Positions 30,143 through 40,207 of a stretch of DNA of 64,000 bases are shown here, one piece after another. The notes beneath the pieces are model-generated. The model was not told where the DNA came from. It saw only the letters and a list, made by a program, of their open reading frames with translations, and ran no database searches. The number at the start of each line of letters is the position of its first letter. The first letter of the stretch is position 1. The position numbers and the translations under genes are program-made. Source of the DNA: a virus; the IMG/VR virus record IMGVR_UViG_3300035458_000037, positions 1 to 64,000 of that record. The stretch is one strand, 5' to 3'.

Positions 30143-30691
30143 ATGGAAATTGAGGAGTCAAACAATGGTGTATGTAGGTATAACGGATTCGTTGGTCACC
30201 TCGAACGTGATCCAGGCTGTGAAAATCCCAGGAACTCAAATGTGTTGTGTCACATGGTATGCGGTCATAAACGATATACCCTCGGTGATACTCACTCTTA
30301 CAATTTAAAAGATTTTGATGGATGGGATTCTTTAGAGGCTAAAATTAAACAAGATAGTCCTGGTTGTTATATCTTACCAATATATATGCTCGATCATAGT
30401 GGTCTCTGGATATCTACGAGATCATTTTCATGTCCATGGGATAGTGGGCAGATTGGATTTATTTATCTTTCCAAAGAAACATTCGAAGCAGAGTTTTCAG
30501 ATACTTCAGAAGATCTTGCAGAATCAATTATGAAAGATGAAATAGAAATATACGATCAATACTTAAAAGGAGAATGTTATGGATACATCATTGAGAATCA
30601 GGATAGAGAAGAGGTTGATAGTTGCTGGGGATATATAGGTCGCAGTAACGCGAGATCTGCACTTCTTGACGCAATCCAACGCATTTCTTGA
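30143..30691 (+). CDS. Conserved hypothetical mobile-element protein
   Basis: YMLDHSGL...FSCPWDSGQIGFIY...DSCWGY. Confidence 0.75.
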   Translation: MEIEESNNGVCRYNGFVGHLERDPGCENPRNSNVLCHMVCGHKRYTLGDTHSYNLKDFDGWDSLEAKIKQDSPGCYILPIYMLDHSGLWISTRSFSCPWDSGQIGFIYLSKETFEAEFSDTSEDLAESIMKDEIEIYDQYLKGECYGYIIENQDREEVDSCWGYIGRSNARSALLDAIQRIS

Positions 30692-30910
30692 GTGGGAATA
30701 ATATGCAAGGTCATAAGCTTATCTATATCTCCAACCTGAAGAATGGTTTTATCATTGAGCCGGTGAAAGGTGACGATGAAGAAACGATTCCAGATGCGGT
30801 AATGGCGGCAGGTAAAAATGATAAAGAAAGAATTATTAATCTGTTAAAAGCAATATGCGATGAATTTGGATTTGAGTTATCCGATACTGTAATAGTATAC
30901 GAGAAGTAAT

Positions 30911-31555
30911 ATGTATATACAATTAACAACTAGATGTAATATGGAATGTCCTCATTGTTGTTTTTCATGTACTAATCGCGGGAATGATATGACCAAGCGA
31001 ACCTTTAAAAAAGCTTGCGAAATAGCATGTTATTATGGTGATACGATCGTATTAGGAGGTGGCGAACCGACATTGCATCCTTTATTTGAAGAATTCCTTG
31101 GAATAGCTATGATAGCTACCGCTAGAAATGATCTAGGTATTTATATCGCAACAAATGGAACTAACGAATACTTAACCCTTAACTTATTAGAATTATCAAA
31201 GAGAAGTGAAGGTCTTTTGTGTTGTCAAGTGAGTCATGACAATTATCATGAAATGGATCTTGTATCAGATAAAGTATATGAATTAGCAGAAAAGTATCAT
31301 GCCTTGAAACCAGCATATCATATAGCTGCTGCTGGTAGAGCTAAAGGAAAATTAGATGCAGAAAAGAGATGTTGCTGTGACGACTTATTTATCAATCCAC
31401 ACGGAGACGTTTATCTTTGTGGTTGTAGAATAAGTAAGTTATGTAATATAACGCATAAGAAAAATATAAGTATAATAGAAAAGTATTATAATAATTATGA
31501 TATTGAAGATAAATGCGAAAAATATGGAGACATATTACAAGCATTGTCTGCGTAA
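30911..31555 (+). CDS. Radical SAM protein with C-terminal Cys cluster
   Basis: CNMECPHC, GGEP, TNG; INPHGDVYLC. Confidence 0.9.
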   Translation: MYIQLTTRCNMECPHCCFSCTNRGNDMTKRTFKKACEIACYYGDTIVLGGGEPTLHPLFEEFLGIAMIATARNDLGIYIATNGTNEYLTLNLLELSKRSEGLLCCQVSHDNYHEMDLVSDKVYELAEKYHALKPAYHIAAAGRAKGKLDAEKRCCCDDLFINPHGDVYLCGCRISKLCNITHKKNISIIEKYYNNYDIEDKCEKYGDILQALSA

Positions 31556-31565
31556 CACAAGAACA

Positions 31566-31599
31566 AAAAACAAAAAGGTGCTAGCCCTTTTTGTTTTTT
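31566..31599 (+). terminator. Intrinsic terminator
   Basis: AAAAACAAAAAGG...CCTTTTTGTTTTT. Confidence 0.65.
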
Positions 31600-31605
31600 A
31601 GCTAT

Positions 31606-31633
31606 GCAATTTATCATTGAAATATGTTATAAT
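31606..31633 (+). promoter_or_regulatory. Conserved phage promoter
   Basis: GCAATT...TGTTATAAT. Confidence 0.75.
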
Positions 31634-31639
31634 ATATAT

Positions 31640-31860
31640 GGTAGGGAGAGATATCTGTTAGGCGTATCTCCAAATACCAAAAGCAATACTGACTTGAATA
31701 AAAAAGGTCGCACAGTAATTGTCAGTGCCTAGTGGCACGGAAAGGGGCAGTAATGAAAGATAAAACAATACTTTCAGAGATAGTGAATCAGCCTAACTGG
31801 AGTGGAAGATGCAAGACCCATTCCAGTTAAACAAAAAGAAAGGGGGCTTAGCCCCCGGAT
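31640..31860 (+). ncRNA. Candidate structured RNA or long structured leader upstream of dnaE
   Basis: No ORF; six successive hairpins immediately after a promoter. Confidence 0.5.
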
Positions 31861-31885
31861 ATTTTAACTATGCAAAGGAGGTAAT

Positions 31886-34800
31886 TTGTATTGTGATATC
31901 GGTTTTCATACAGATCTCACTCTTGGTAGATCAGCGCTTAGATTTAAGTATCTGAAAAATTTAAAATTTAATAATCCAATAGCTATTTGTGATAACGGAA
32001 ATATGTCTCAATTAGTAAAGAGTTTAAGTTTAAATAAAATGAATATTCCAGCCGTTGAATTATTTGTTACCACTTCATATAAAGCGAAATATAGAACGAA
32101 TGATGCATTAAGATTTTTTGCATTTGATGATGAGGGGTATCAATCATTATGTAAAATGATTTATATAGCAAATGTTAATAAATATTATGTGCCACGTATT
32201 GAAATACAGGATCTAATATTCAATGGAAACATTGTCTGCGTAGCAGACAATGATTTTCTGTTTATAGAAGAATTGCCTATTGATAAAACATTTATTGCCA
32301 TCAATGAAAGTAGTAACCCAGGTGACGAAATCTATCTTAAATATAATCCAATATTTTATTATAGCTCATACGCTTTGCATAAAAGAAGTCTAGATGCCAT
32401 ATCACTTTTATCAGAACGTCAATTCACTCATGACGGAAATGTATGGTATTATGACGATTCGCATTATGCGATTGCATCTTTGATACCTGATGCAATTGCA
32501 AATTACAGCAATCTGCTGAAGAAGCATTCCTCTCCAATCATAAAAATGGAAGATAGATATCCAGTCTTTTGTCCAGAAGCCGATCAGCTTTTTGATGCAT
32601 TAGTTGAATCAGGTTTTGATAGGAAATGTCCACAAACACCGCAGTATAGAAATAGACTTGAGTTTGAGAAGTCTGTAATCAAAAAGATGAAGTATGAAAA
32701 CTATTTTTTGGTTAACTGGGACTTCATTAATTGGGCTCGCAACAATGACATACCCATTGGACCAGGTAGAGGATCTGCGGCAGGATCATTAATTGCATAT
32801 TGTCTCGATATCACCAAATTAGATCCAGTATCTAATGGATTGTATTTCGAAAGATTTTTGAATCCTGAGCGAATATCTCCTCCAGATATTGATACTGATG
32901 TTGACTCAGAAGACAGATCTAAGGTTGTTACATATATAAAAAATAAATATGGAAGTGACCATGTTTCGAAGATCGTCACCTTCACAGAGTTGAAGTCCAA
33001 GTCGGCCCTGAAGGACGCAGCGCGGCTGTATGCCATTGCGCCGGATGAGATCAATGACATCACCGCTCTCTTTCCGCCCGCTGTCTTCGGCGTTACACCA
33101 CCCCTGGAGGAGGCCTATGAGGTTGCCGCTATCAAAACCTGGGCGGATGCACATCCAGGGGTCTGGAAGGACGCCAGGGAGCTGGAAGGGTTCGTCCGGG
33201 GAACTGGCGTGCATGCCGCTGGTGTGGTGATCGCTCCCAAGAAGCTGAATGAAATAGTTGGAGTGAACACAATAGATGGTGAAGAAATATGTCAGTTGGA
33301 TAAGGATGATGCAGAAAAGTTTGGACTTCTCAAATTAGATTTGCTTGGATTAGAAACACTTCATTTGATTAAATCGACTCTTACGAAGATTGGTAAATCG
33401 TATTATTCAATGGAGGATATATCGCTTAACGACGCAAGCGTCATTAAACGGTTCGCGTCTGGTGACACTCATGGCATATTCCAATTTGAATCCGACAATA
33501 TGCGCAAGCTGCTTGTGAGAGTCAATCCCACATCATTTGCCGATATTGCTGCTGTAACCGCTCTTTATCGTCCCGGCCCACTTACATCAGGGCTTACAGA
33601 AGATTACATTAAGAATAAAAATTCTGAGAATCCCGAATATTCATTTCCTGAATTCAAAGATTTATTATCTGAGACTTATGGAATCTTTGTTTATCAAGAA
33701 CAAGTTATGCTTGTGTCTCAGGTAATATCAGGATTTAGTTTGTCTCGTGCTGATACTTTGCGAAAAGCTATAGGTAAAAAGAATAAAGAATTGATGATAG
33801 TTCTTGAACGCGAGTTTATTGATGGAGCTGTTAATAAAGGATACAACGAAGTTGATGTTACAAAACTATGGAATCAAATATTGAAGTTTGCAGATTATTG
33901 TTTCAACAAATCACATTCATATGCATACACAATGTTATCGTATTGGTCAATGTATCTGAAAGTATATCATACCAATGAATTCATAGCTGCGAAACTTTCT
34001 TGTGACATGAAAGATACTTCTGAATTGAGAAAAGATTTTTATGAATTTAAAAAAGATACAGAATTCTTTGATCCATGTATTAATAAATCAGATGAATCAT
34101 TCGTTCTCTCTGAAAGTACGGGCGTCATGATAGGTTTAGGAGCTATCAAAGGATTAGGTAATCTAGGAAAGGAGATTATCAAATATAGGCCATATGATAA
34201 AATTGCACAATTCTTTGATAAGGTTAAGATAGATAAGTCTCAATTGATATCTTTGATTTATGCTGGTGCTTTTGATTGTTTTGAGAAAGATAAAAGTGTC
34301 TTACTAGGTAATGTAGAAAGATTCTTAAAGTTTAATAAGGATAAATCCCATTCGACAATCATTGAGCTTTTTGATCCGAGCGATGTCTTCGACCTGGACC
34401 TGTCGAAGTGCCAAATCCCGCCCGACGCAAGCACCATGGAAAGGGCCTGCTATGGCTTCAATCTGCGCCATGGGTTCATCAATGAGCGGAGGTGGGTGGT
34501 TGAGCACCTGAAGGATAATCACGTCGTAGGGACTATTACAGACGTGAAGCGCACAAAAACCAAAAAGAGTAAGGAGGATATGGCTATAGTATCAATCTAT
34601 ACTCATAATAAAACAATGAAGGTTTTGTTATTTGGTCAAGAATATGAAAAGTATAATAATCTGCTGGTGAAAGAAACAACATGTGGATTTACTGGGGAGC
34701 TAAAAGAAGGAGAAGAACCAACGATATTTGTTACAAAGATGTGTGACGAATGTAGTATTAAAATTACTCGTGCAGATGTAACTATAAAGTTATCCGCAAG

Positions 34801-34999
34801 CAATGAGAGATTAAAAGAGAGATTTGATTTATTGATGTCTACACACGAGAATGGCGATACAACAATGTCATTGTTTAAGTCTAATGCCATAGGAGAAGCT
34901 GAATATGTCTATGATTACGAAAGAAAAATATTATATAATAGAGCCTTACATTCATTTCTCAAGGATACAAAATTTGAGATTGTGTTAGAAATTTTCTAG
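31886..34999 (+). CDS. dnaE: DNA polymerase III alpha subunit (family C)
   Basis: PHP-like N-terminus, GPGRGSAAGSL, PPDIDTD, HAAGVV, KLDLLGL, YQEQ, FNKSH, OB fold. Confidence 0.97.
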   Translation: MYCDIGFHTDLTLGRSALRFKYLKNLKFNNPIAICDNGNMSQLVKSLSLNKMNIPAVELFVTTSYKAKYRTNDALRFFAFDDEGYQSLCKMIYIANVNKYYVPRIEIQDLIFNGNIVCVADNDFLFIEELPIDKTFIAINESSNPGDEIYLKYNPIFYYSSYALHKRSLDAISLLSERQFTHDGNVWYYDDSHYAIASLIPDAIANYSNLLKKHSSPIIKMEDRYPVFCPEADQLFDALVESGFDRKCPQTPQYRNRLEFEKSVIKKMKYENYFLVNWDFINWARNNDIPIGPGRGSAAGSLIAYCLDITKLDPVSNGLYFERFLNPERISPPDIDTDVDSEDRSKVVTYIKNKYGSDHVSKIVTFTELKSKSALKDAARLYAIAPDEINDITALFPPAVFGVTPPLEEAYEVAAIKTWADAHPGVWKDARELEGFVRGTGVHAAGVVIAPKKLNEIVGVNTIDGEEICQLDKDDAEKFGLLKLDLLGLETLHLIKSTLTKIGKSYYSMEDISLNDASVIKRFASGDTHGIFQFESDNMRKLLVRVNPTSFADIAAVTALYRPGPLTSGLTEDYIKNKNSENPEYSFPEFKDLLSETYGIFVYQEQVMLVSQVISGFSLSRADTLRKAIGKKNKELMIVLEREFIDGAVNKGYNEVDVTKLWNQILKFADYCFNKSHSYAYTMLSYWSMYLKVYHTNEFIAAKLSCDMKDTSELRKDFYEFKKDTEFFDPCINKSDESFVLSESTGVMIGLGAIKGLGNLGKEIIKYRPYDKIAQFFDKVKIDKSQLISLIYAGAFDCFEKDKSVLLGNVERFLKFNKDKSHSTIIELFDPSDVFDLDLSKCQIPPDASTMERACYGFNLRHGFINERRWVVEHLKDNHVVGTITDVKRTKTKKSKEDMAIVSIYTHNKTMKVLLFGQEYEKYNNLLVKETTCGFTGELKEGEEPTIFVTKMCDECSIKITRADVTIKLSASNERLKERFDLLMSTHENGDTTMSLFKSNAIGEAEYVYDYERKILYNRALHSFLKDTKFEIVLEIF

Positions 35000-35043
35000 A
35001 TTAATAGGGATTCGTGATAATATGAATAGCTGAGGTCAAGCGC

Positions 35044-35955
35044 ATGACTGTATATAACATTACGGAAGTTCCGCAATCTACAACAGCCCCAGCTATTCGA
35101 AATGATATTCCTGTATTTATTGGAAAGTCTTCGATACTTAATCATAAATCAATAAGTTTTATTAATGGCGATTATACAAAAGCAACATTATCACTTGATG
35201 TTTCTGTGCAACAATTTAATGAAAACTTTGTAATTTCATATTGGCGTGATTTAGTAACTCCATTTAATGCAACTACATTAGTAAATGGACAAACATTAAT
35301 CAGTGTCAATGCAACGGTTGTTGCAAATTTGGATGCGACAAAGTTGATATTTGCTCTGATTGATAATAGTGGAACATTACTGTTCACATCTCCCGTAAGT
35401 AATATAGTTTTTTCTCCAGATAATACAAAAGTATTAAGCGTAATAATCAAAGATCCACTTGTAGTTAGCACACAAACAAAAGGCTCTATCTTAGGAATAG
35501 CGCAGGAAAGTATACCTTATACTTACAGCATGATTACTAAAGTTTATACTTTGAATTATACCCCGTTATCTTCTGTGACTGGACTATCTGTAGTGACTTC
35601 GAAATCATATGTTGAATATGAGACTCTCAATACAAGTGATTATTCTGTAATCACAGATGAATCTGTGATTACAGAGTCCAACCAAGATATTTTACGTGGT
35701 CTCAATGCATCAGAGCAAGCTGTCGTCATTCCAGCTTACTCTGATGCAGATATTTCAAATGTAATTAATATTTTAAATATCCTAACTCCAGGATATTATA
35801 TTACCCCGATAGGAATGTCGGATACTTTTAATTTAGCTATTGCAAACTATGTAAAAAGTATTACTAAAAGTAAACCTTATTCAGCTGTATTACCGCCTGC
35901 TGCAATAGTAACTCAAAATACATTAGTAAGTGGTGCTACATATGTCAAATCTTAA
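35044..35955 (+). CDS. Virion protein, likely paralog of the N-terminal tail-sheath half
   Basis: IPVFIG near the N-terminus and ATYVKS C-terminus match PCLVG and ATYTKS of 50893..51864. Confidence 0.55.
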   Translation: MTVYNITEVPQSTTAPAIRNDIPVFIGKSSILNHKSISFINGDYTKATLSLDVSVQQFNENFVISYWRDLVTPFNATTLVNGQTLISVNATVVANLDATKLIFALIDNSGTLLFTSPVSNIVFSPDNTKVLSVIIKDPLVVSTQTKGSILGIAQESIPYTYSMITKVYTLNYTPLSSVTGLSVVTSKSYVEYETLNTSDYSVITDESVITESNQDILRGLNASEQAVVIPAYSDADISNVINILNILTPGYYITPIGMSDTFNLAIANYVKSITKSKPYSAVLPPAAIVTQNTLVSGATYVKS

Positions 35956-37387
35956 AAAGATTGTCAAACCACAACATCATCAATCTGAAGCTGTAGAACA
36001 ACTTGATAAGTCTAACTCTATCATTGCGTATCATGGTTTAGGCTCCGGTAAAACTCTTACTTCTATTTTGGCAGCAGAGGAAGCTAAGGGGCCAAAACTT
36101 ATATTAGCTCCCGCTTCTCTCCTGGGCAATTATCGTAAAGAATTAAAGAAGTTTAATGTGGACGATAAAGATTATCATTTACTTTCTTACGAAAGATTTA
36201 GGAAAAATCCAGAACATTACATTGATAAAATCAAACCATCCATAATGATTGCAGATGAGTTTCATAGAACTCAAAATGTTGATTCGATAACTGGAGAAGC
36301 TATTCGAAGGACAAGGCCCAAAGTTAAAAAGTTTATGGGTCTCACTGGCACTATTGCTCAAAATCGTCCTTCTGAAATTGGTTCATTGGTTAATACTGCA
36401 ACAGGACAACCGCTATTAGGTAAAGATGAAAATGAATTTAATCAGCGCTTTGTAGCAGAGCGGCGTATCAGTCCAGGTATTATTGGAAGGTTACTTGGTA
36501 GAAGACCTGGCGTAGTAGAAGAAGCTAAAAATCTTGATAAGTTTAAAAAAATCACTCAGCCTTATGTAAACACATTCGCTGGCGATGAAGAATACATGAA
36601 GCACATTCCAAAGGTAACTCGCAATGTAGTGCGAATACCTATGAATAAAGAGCAGAATAGAATTTATGATTATACATTTAATGATGTTCCTGCTTGGATC
36701 AAATTTAAAATTAAGAATAATCTCCCTCCATCTAAACAAGAATCTAGAAATTTAAATGCTTTCCTTTTAGGATCTAGACAAGCGAGTAATTCACTTCAAC
36801 CTTTTGGTGAATATGAAAGCACTCCAAAGCTTCGTGCTGTAGTTCATGATATTGAATCAGGTATAAAGGGTGATCCCAATTTTAAGGGAGTTGTTTATAG
36901 CAACTTCTTGGAAGCTGGCTTAAAGCCACTTGCATCAAAATTGAAAAAACATAATATTCCATACGGAATGTTTACCGGAGAACAACCTGATGTTGAACGT
37001 AATCAAATGGTGCAAGACTACAACAAAGGTAAATTAAAATCGCTTCTCATATCGCCCGCAGGTGGGGAAGGCTTGGATTTAAGAGGCACCAAGTACATGG
37101 GTATTCTTGATCCAGGGTGGAACCCCGCGAAGACAGAACAAGCTATCGGGCGGGCAGCGCGGTTCAAATCTCATGAACATCTACCGGAAAATGAACGCAC
37201 TGTCACTGTAAAACAGTATTTATCAGAACCACGATTGGGTCTTGTCGGTAAGATAAAAAAGATCTTCCGGCCCGATACTCATGCGATTGGCACGGACGAG
37301 TACATTTACAACAGGGCTCAAGAGAAAGCTCGGTTGAATCAGCAGTTCACGAATGCGCTTAAAGCACCAGGTGTCCCAGTTGAGTAA
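35942..37387 (+). CDS. SNF2-family helicase/ATPase
   Basis: GLGSGKT, DEFH, LTGT, GGEGLDL, WNP, EQAIGRAAR. Confidence 0.92.
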   Translation: MSNLKKIVKPQHHQSEAVEQLDKSNSIIAYHGLGSGKTLTSILAAEEAKGPKLILAPASLLGNYRKELKKFNVDDKDYHLLSYERFRKNPEHYIDKIKPSIMIADEFHRTQNVDSITGEAIRRTRPKVKKFMGLTGTIAQNRPSEIGSLVNTATGQPLLGKDENEFNQRFVAERRISPGIIGRLLGRRPGVVEEAKNLDKFKKITQPYVNTFAGDEEYMKHIPKVTRNVVRIPMNKEQNRIYDYTFNDVPAWIKFKIKNNLPPSKQESRNLNAFLLGSRQASNSLQPFGEYESTPKLRAVVHDIESGIKGDPNFKGVVYSNFLEAGLKPLASKLKKHNIPYGMFTGEQPDVERNQMVQDYNKGKLKSLLISPAGGEGLDLRGTKYMGILDPGWNPAKTEQAIGRAARFKSHEHLPENERTVTVKQYLSEPRLGLVGKIKKIFRPDTHAIGTDEYIYNRAQEKARLNQQFTNALKAPGVPVE

Positions 37388-38942
37388 CGAAATTTTCAAT
37401 CTCTTGCCATCGTTTTATCGCGATGTATTTGTTGACTCTAATGGTCGGAGTCTGATCCTCCCGTTACTCCAACAATATGCAAACTATATGGGCGATTTAT
37501 TTTACAGGATGCAACAAACTGCGTCTGTAAGATCACTTGAATTATGTCCTGCGGTCATTGAGGAAAGACTTAAAACAATAGATATTTCAAATGCAAATCT
37601 TGATACAACGTATTCTGGACAAAGATTTTTTATCAAATCAAGCATTGTCGCTTATGATAAACTTTATTATGATTATTTATTTCTTAATCCAGTAAATATT
37701 AATTATACAATTACAGTTGATGAGGTTAATCAAAAGACATATATTGAATTTAACACACCGATCGATCAGAAATATTTGACTCTATATGCACCAATTGCAT
37801 ATCATAATCCAAATCTAGTGCGTGATCTTTATGGTAAATTATTAAACTATCAAACTGTAACTTATGTATATACAAGTCTCGAAGACTTTATATATAGCGT
37901 AGAAGTATACAGACAGCAATTACTAGCTATTTTATTTGGTATGCGCCATACAACCAGCTTGAATAATGTAGCTCAATGCATAGGATTATGGCTTGGATTA
38001 CAATACGCCCCATACGACGGATTTGTTAACGCAATAAGTGCAGATTCTATTAGTATTGAAAATCTTCTTGATGGAACTACTACTACAATTACAGCTACAG
38101 GTGAAATAGATACAGTAAACTATTATATTGGCAAAAGGGTTTCTAAGTATGATATACTTCAAATCCAGCACTATAAAGTTTATGATATTTTCTCTGATCC
38201 TGCTCGCTTTACTCAATTGCTTCTTCAGGATAGTGGAGCGGTATTGCTCTCGTTATTGGCGATAGATATTAATAACAAAGAGAAATACGCTTCATTATTC
38301 TTTGATAAAAACATTTTATTTGATTCTGCAAATTTGTATTGGGATATGGGTAATAATACTGGTGTATCACCAGACCCAACCGACGCCACTGTATATCCTG
38401 AAGTTTGGATGAGTTTGTTTGTTACAAATTTCAGTGCATATGTTGATTCAAGATGGCAAAGTCAAAAACTTTATGAGATGTTTAGAAATGTTTTCATAGT
38501 TGAATTAGATCTTTCTCTGCAAGGAAATATTTCTACGTTGAAACCTTTTATATCAATATTGTTGAATATAATCAAATCAAGCAAGACCAAGTATTTGATT
38601 CCAGCTCCAGTAACAACTCCAATTGAGCCTTACTTTGGATTGGTCACTATTTGGGATATGTCAGTTTATCCTCCAACGAAAGTATTTGATGCGTGGGATG
38701 ATCTTGCTCAATATTATGTAACTAATGTTAATTTACCATTTAATAAACCTCCTCACAATATTAACTGGAAATATGATTTTACAACTAATATGCTAGATGG
38801 ATCTCCAGAAGTGTTAGTTGCCGATTATCTTGGATTAACAGATGTTCCAATGACATATAGCACTAGCGTAAAATCTGATTGGGAAGATTGGATTCCATAT
38901 GGAAGAAGTTATGTTAACCTGTCAGCGGAATTTAATTCATAG
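37380..38942 (+). CDS. Putative baseplate protein
   Basis: Begins IFNLLPSFYRD; position in the structural module. Confidence 0.5.
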   Translation: MSNEIFNLLPSFYRDVFVDSNGRSLILPLLQQYANYMGDLFYRMQQTASVRSLELCPAVIEERLKTIDISNANLDTTYSGQRFFIKSSIVAYDKLYYDYLFLNPVNINYTITVDEVNQKTYIEFNTPIDQKYLTLYAPIAYHNPNLVRDLYGKLLNYQTVTYVYTSLEDFIYSVEVYRQQLLAILFGMRHTTSLNNVAQCIGLWLGLQYAPYDGFVNAISADSISIENLLDGTTTTITATGEIDTVNYYIGKRVSKYDILQIQHYKVYDIFSDPARFTQLLLQDSGAVLLSLLAIDINNKEKYASLFFDKNILFDSANLYWDMGNNTGVSPDPTDATVYPEVWMSLFVTNFSAYVDSRWQSQKLYEMFRNVFIVELDLSLQGNISTLKPFISILLNIIKSSKTKYLIPAPVTTPIEPYFGLVTIWDMSVYPPTKVFDAWDDLAQYYVTNVNLPFNKPPHNINWKYDFTTNMLDGSPEVLVADYLGLTDVPMTYSTSVKSDWEDWIPYGRSYVNLSAEFNS

Positions 38943-38951
38943 GAGGATAGC

Positions 38952-39818
38952 GTGACAATAGTTGCAATGAATACACCATGCACTAATTCATCTACGGCGA
39001 ATTTTCGGGCATGGGGCAGTGCCATTTCCGCTGCTATGGCTGCATTCGGATGGGTTAAATCATCTGACGTTGGGCAGATCGATTGGACTTCCGTTGTTGC
39101 ACCTACCGGGATCAGTCAAGTAATGGGATATGAAGTATGGGCAATGGCTGATACTTTGCAGGCCACTTATCCTGTTTACCTAAAGATTCAATATGGTAGT
39201 GGTGGAGCTGGCGCAAATTATCCTGCAATTACTCTTACTCCTGCAACTGGATATACCGGCTCAAGCGGAACTATGAGTGGCCAGATAGGAACAGCTGTTA
39301 GTTTGTCGCCGGGATCGCAAAGTGGATCTTCATATGCTTCTTATGTTAGTGGAACTATATCTAGAGCTACGATGTTTCTTTGGGGATCTACACCTACTTA
39401 TAGCGTATATTTTACAGTAGAAAGATCATTAAATGCTTCTGCTTTAAATAGTAATGCAGGTATTGCTTTTGTAAATGGTGTGTATGGTCAATCCAATCAA
39501 TATAGTCAATTCATTCCTGCCTCGGGAACAATTCCAGATAAATATCAAAACCTCCTGTGTCTAATGCCTCCAAGCGGAACTACCACTGTTGGTAATAATG
39601 TTTATGTTTATCCCATTCGAATATTTGGTCCTGGCGAAAATTGTCCGATCCTTGGTTTTGGTTCGTATCTACTTTCTGATATCGCAGCTTCTTCTCAAAT
39701 TACAGTATTAGATTGGGCTGGTAATCCTCATAATTACTATACTACGCCGAGTCTAAATGTGCCCACAGCTTATGGTCGTTCTATCGGAACAACTGGATTG
39801 GTGATTCTATATGAGTAA
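38952..39818 (+). CDS. Putative virion/tail-associated protein
   Basis: S/T/G-rich beta composition. Confidence 0.6.
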   Translation: MTIVAMNTPCTNSSTANFRAWGSAISAAMAAFGWVKSSDVGQIDWTSVVAPTGISQVMGYEVWAMADTLQATYPVYLKIQYGSGGAGANYPAITLTPATGYTGSSGTMSGQIGTAVSLSPGSQSGSSYASYVSGTISRATMFLWGSTPTYSVYFTVERSLNASALNSNAGIAFVNGVYGQSNQYSQFIPASGTIPDKYQNLLCLMPPSGTTTVGNNVYVYPIRIFGPGENCPILGFGSYLLSDIAASSQITVLDWAGNPHNYYTTPSLNVPTAYGRSIGTTGLVILYE

Positions 39819-39966
39819 TACTTATCTTATGCAAGCAGTTGTAGCAAAAGCTTCAATGACAGCTACAAGAAATTATATAATGCAAACTGGACCACTTGGT
39901 TTCAATATAGTCCAGATTATGTTCTCCAACGATAGGGGGCTTCAGCAAGTTTCAATCGTTAATTAA
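39811..39966 (+). CDS. 51-aa hypothetical protein (not in ORF track)
   Basis: ATG overlaps the upstream gene end and the ORF fills the gap. Confidence 0.45.
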   Translation: MSNTYLMQAVVAKASMTATRNYIMQTGPLGFNIVQIMFSNDRGLQQVSIVN

Positions 39967-39990
39967 CGTATCAACGAGTAGGAGTCGCCA

Positions 39991-40206
39991 GTGGAAGTCA
40001 ATAGTTTAGGTTTCGCGGCCTATCTAGTTATGCTTGGATATAAATTATCCGGTCCTCAAGAACGTAGTAAAACCGGTAAGTTTATATTCAATATAGAAAT
40101 TGATGAGGATAAAAGCAAGGAACTTTTTCTTAAGTATTCTAGTGGTCGTTTCAGCAAATTTGACGCTATACTGATGAACCTGAAACGCATGATGCCACGG
40201 GGTTGA
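39991..40206 (+). CDS. DUF5659-like small protein
   Basis: LGFAAYLVMLGYKL...KFIF pattern. Confidence 0.55.
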   Translation: MEVNSLGFAAYLVMLGYKLSGPQERSKTGKFIFNIEIDEDKSKELFLKYSSGRFSKFDAILMNLKRMMPRG

Positions 40207-40207
40207 A

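Noticed and set aside
31886-34999. Intein or intron in dnaE explaining the GC-rich patches
   Set aside because: The protein is normal length, the patches encode conserved polymerase sequence, and no splicing motifs are visible.
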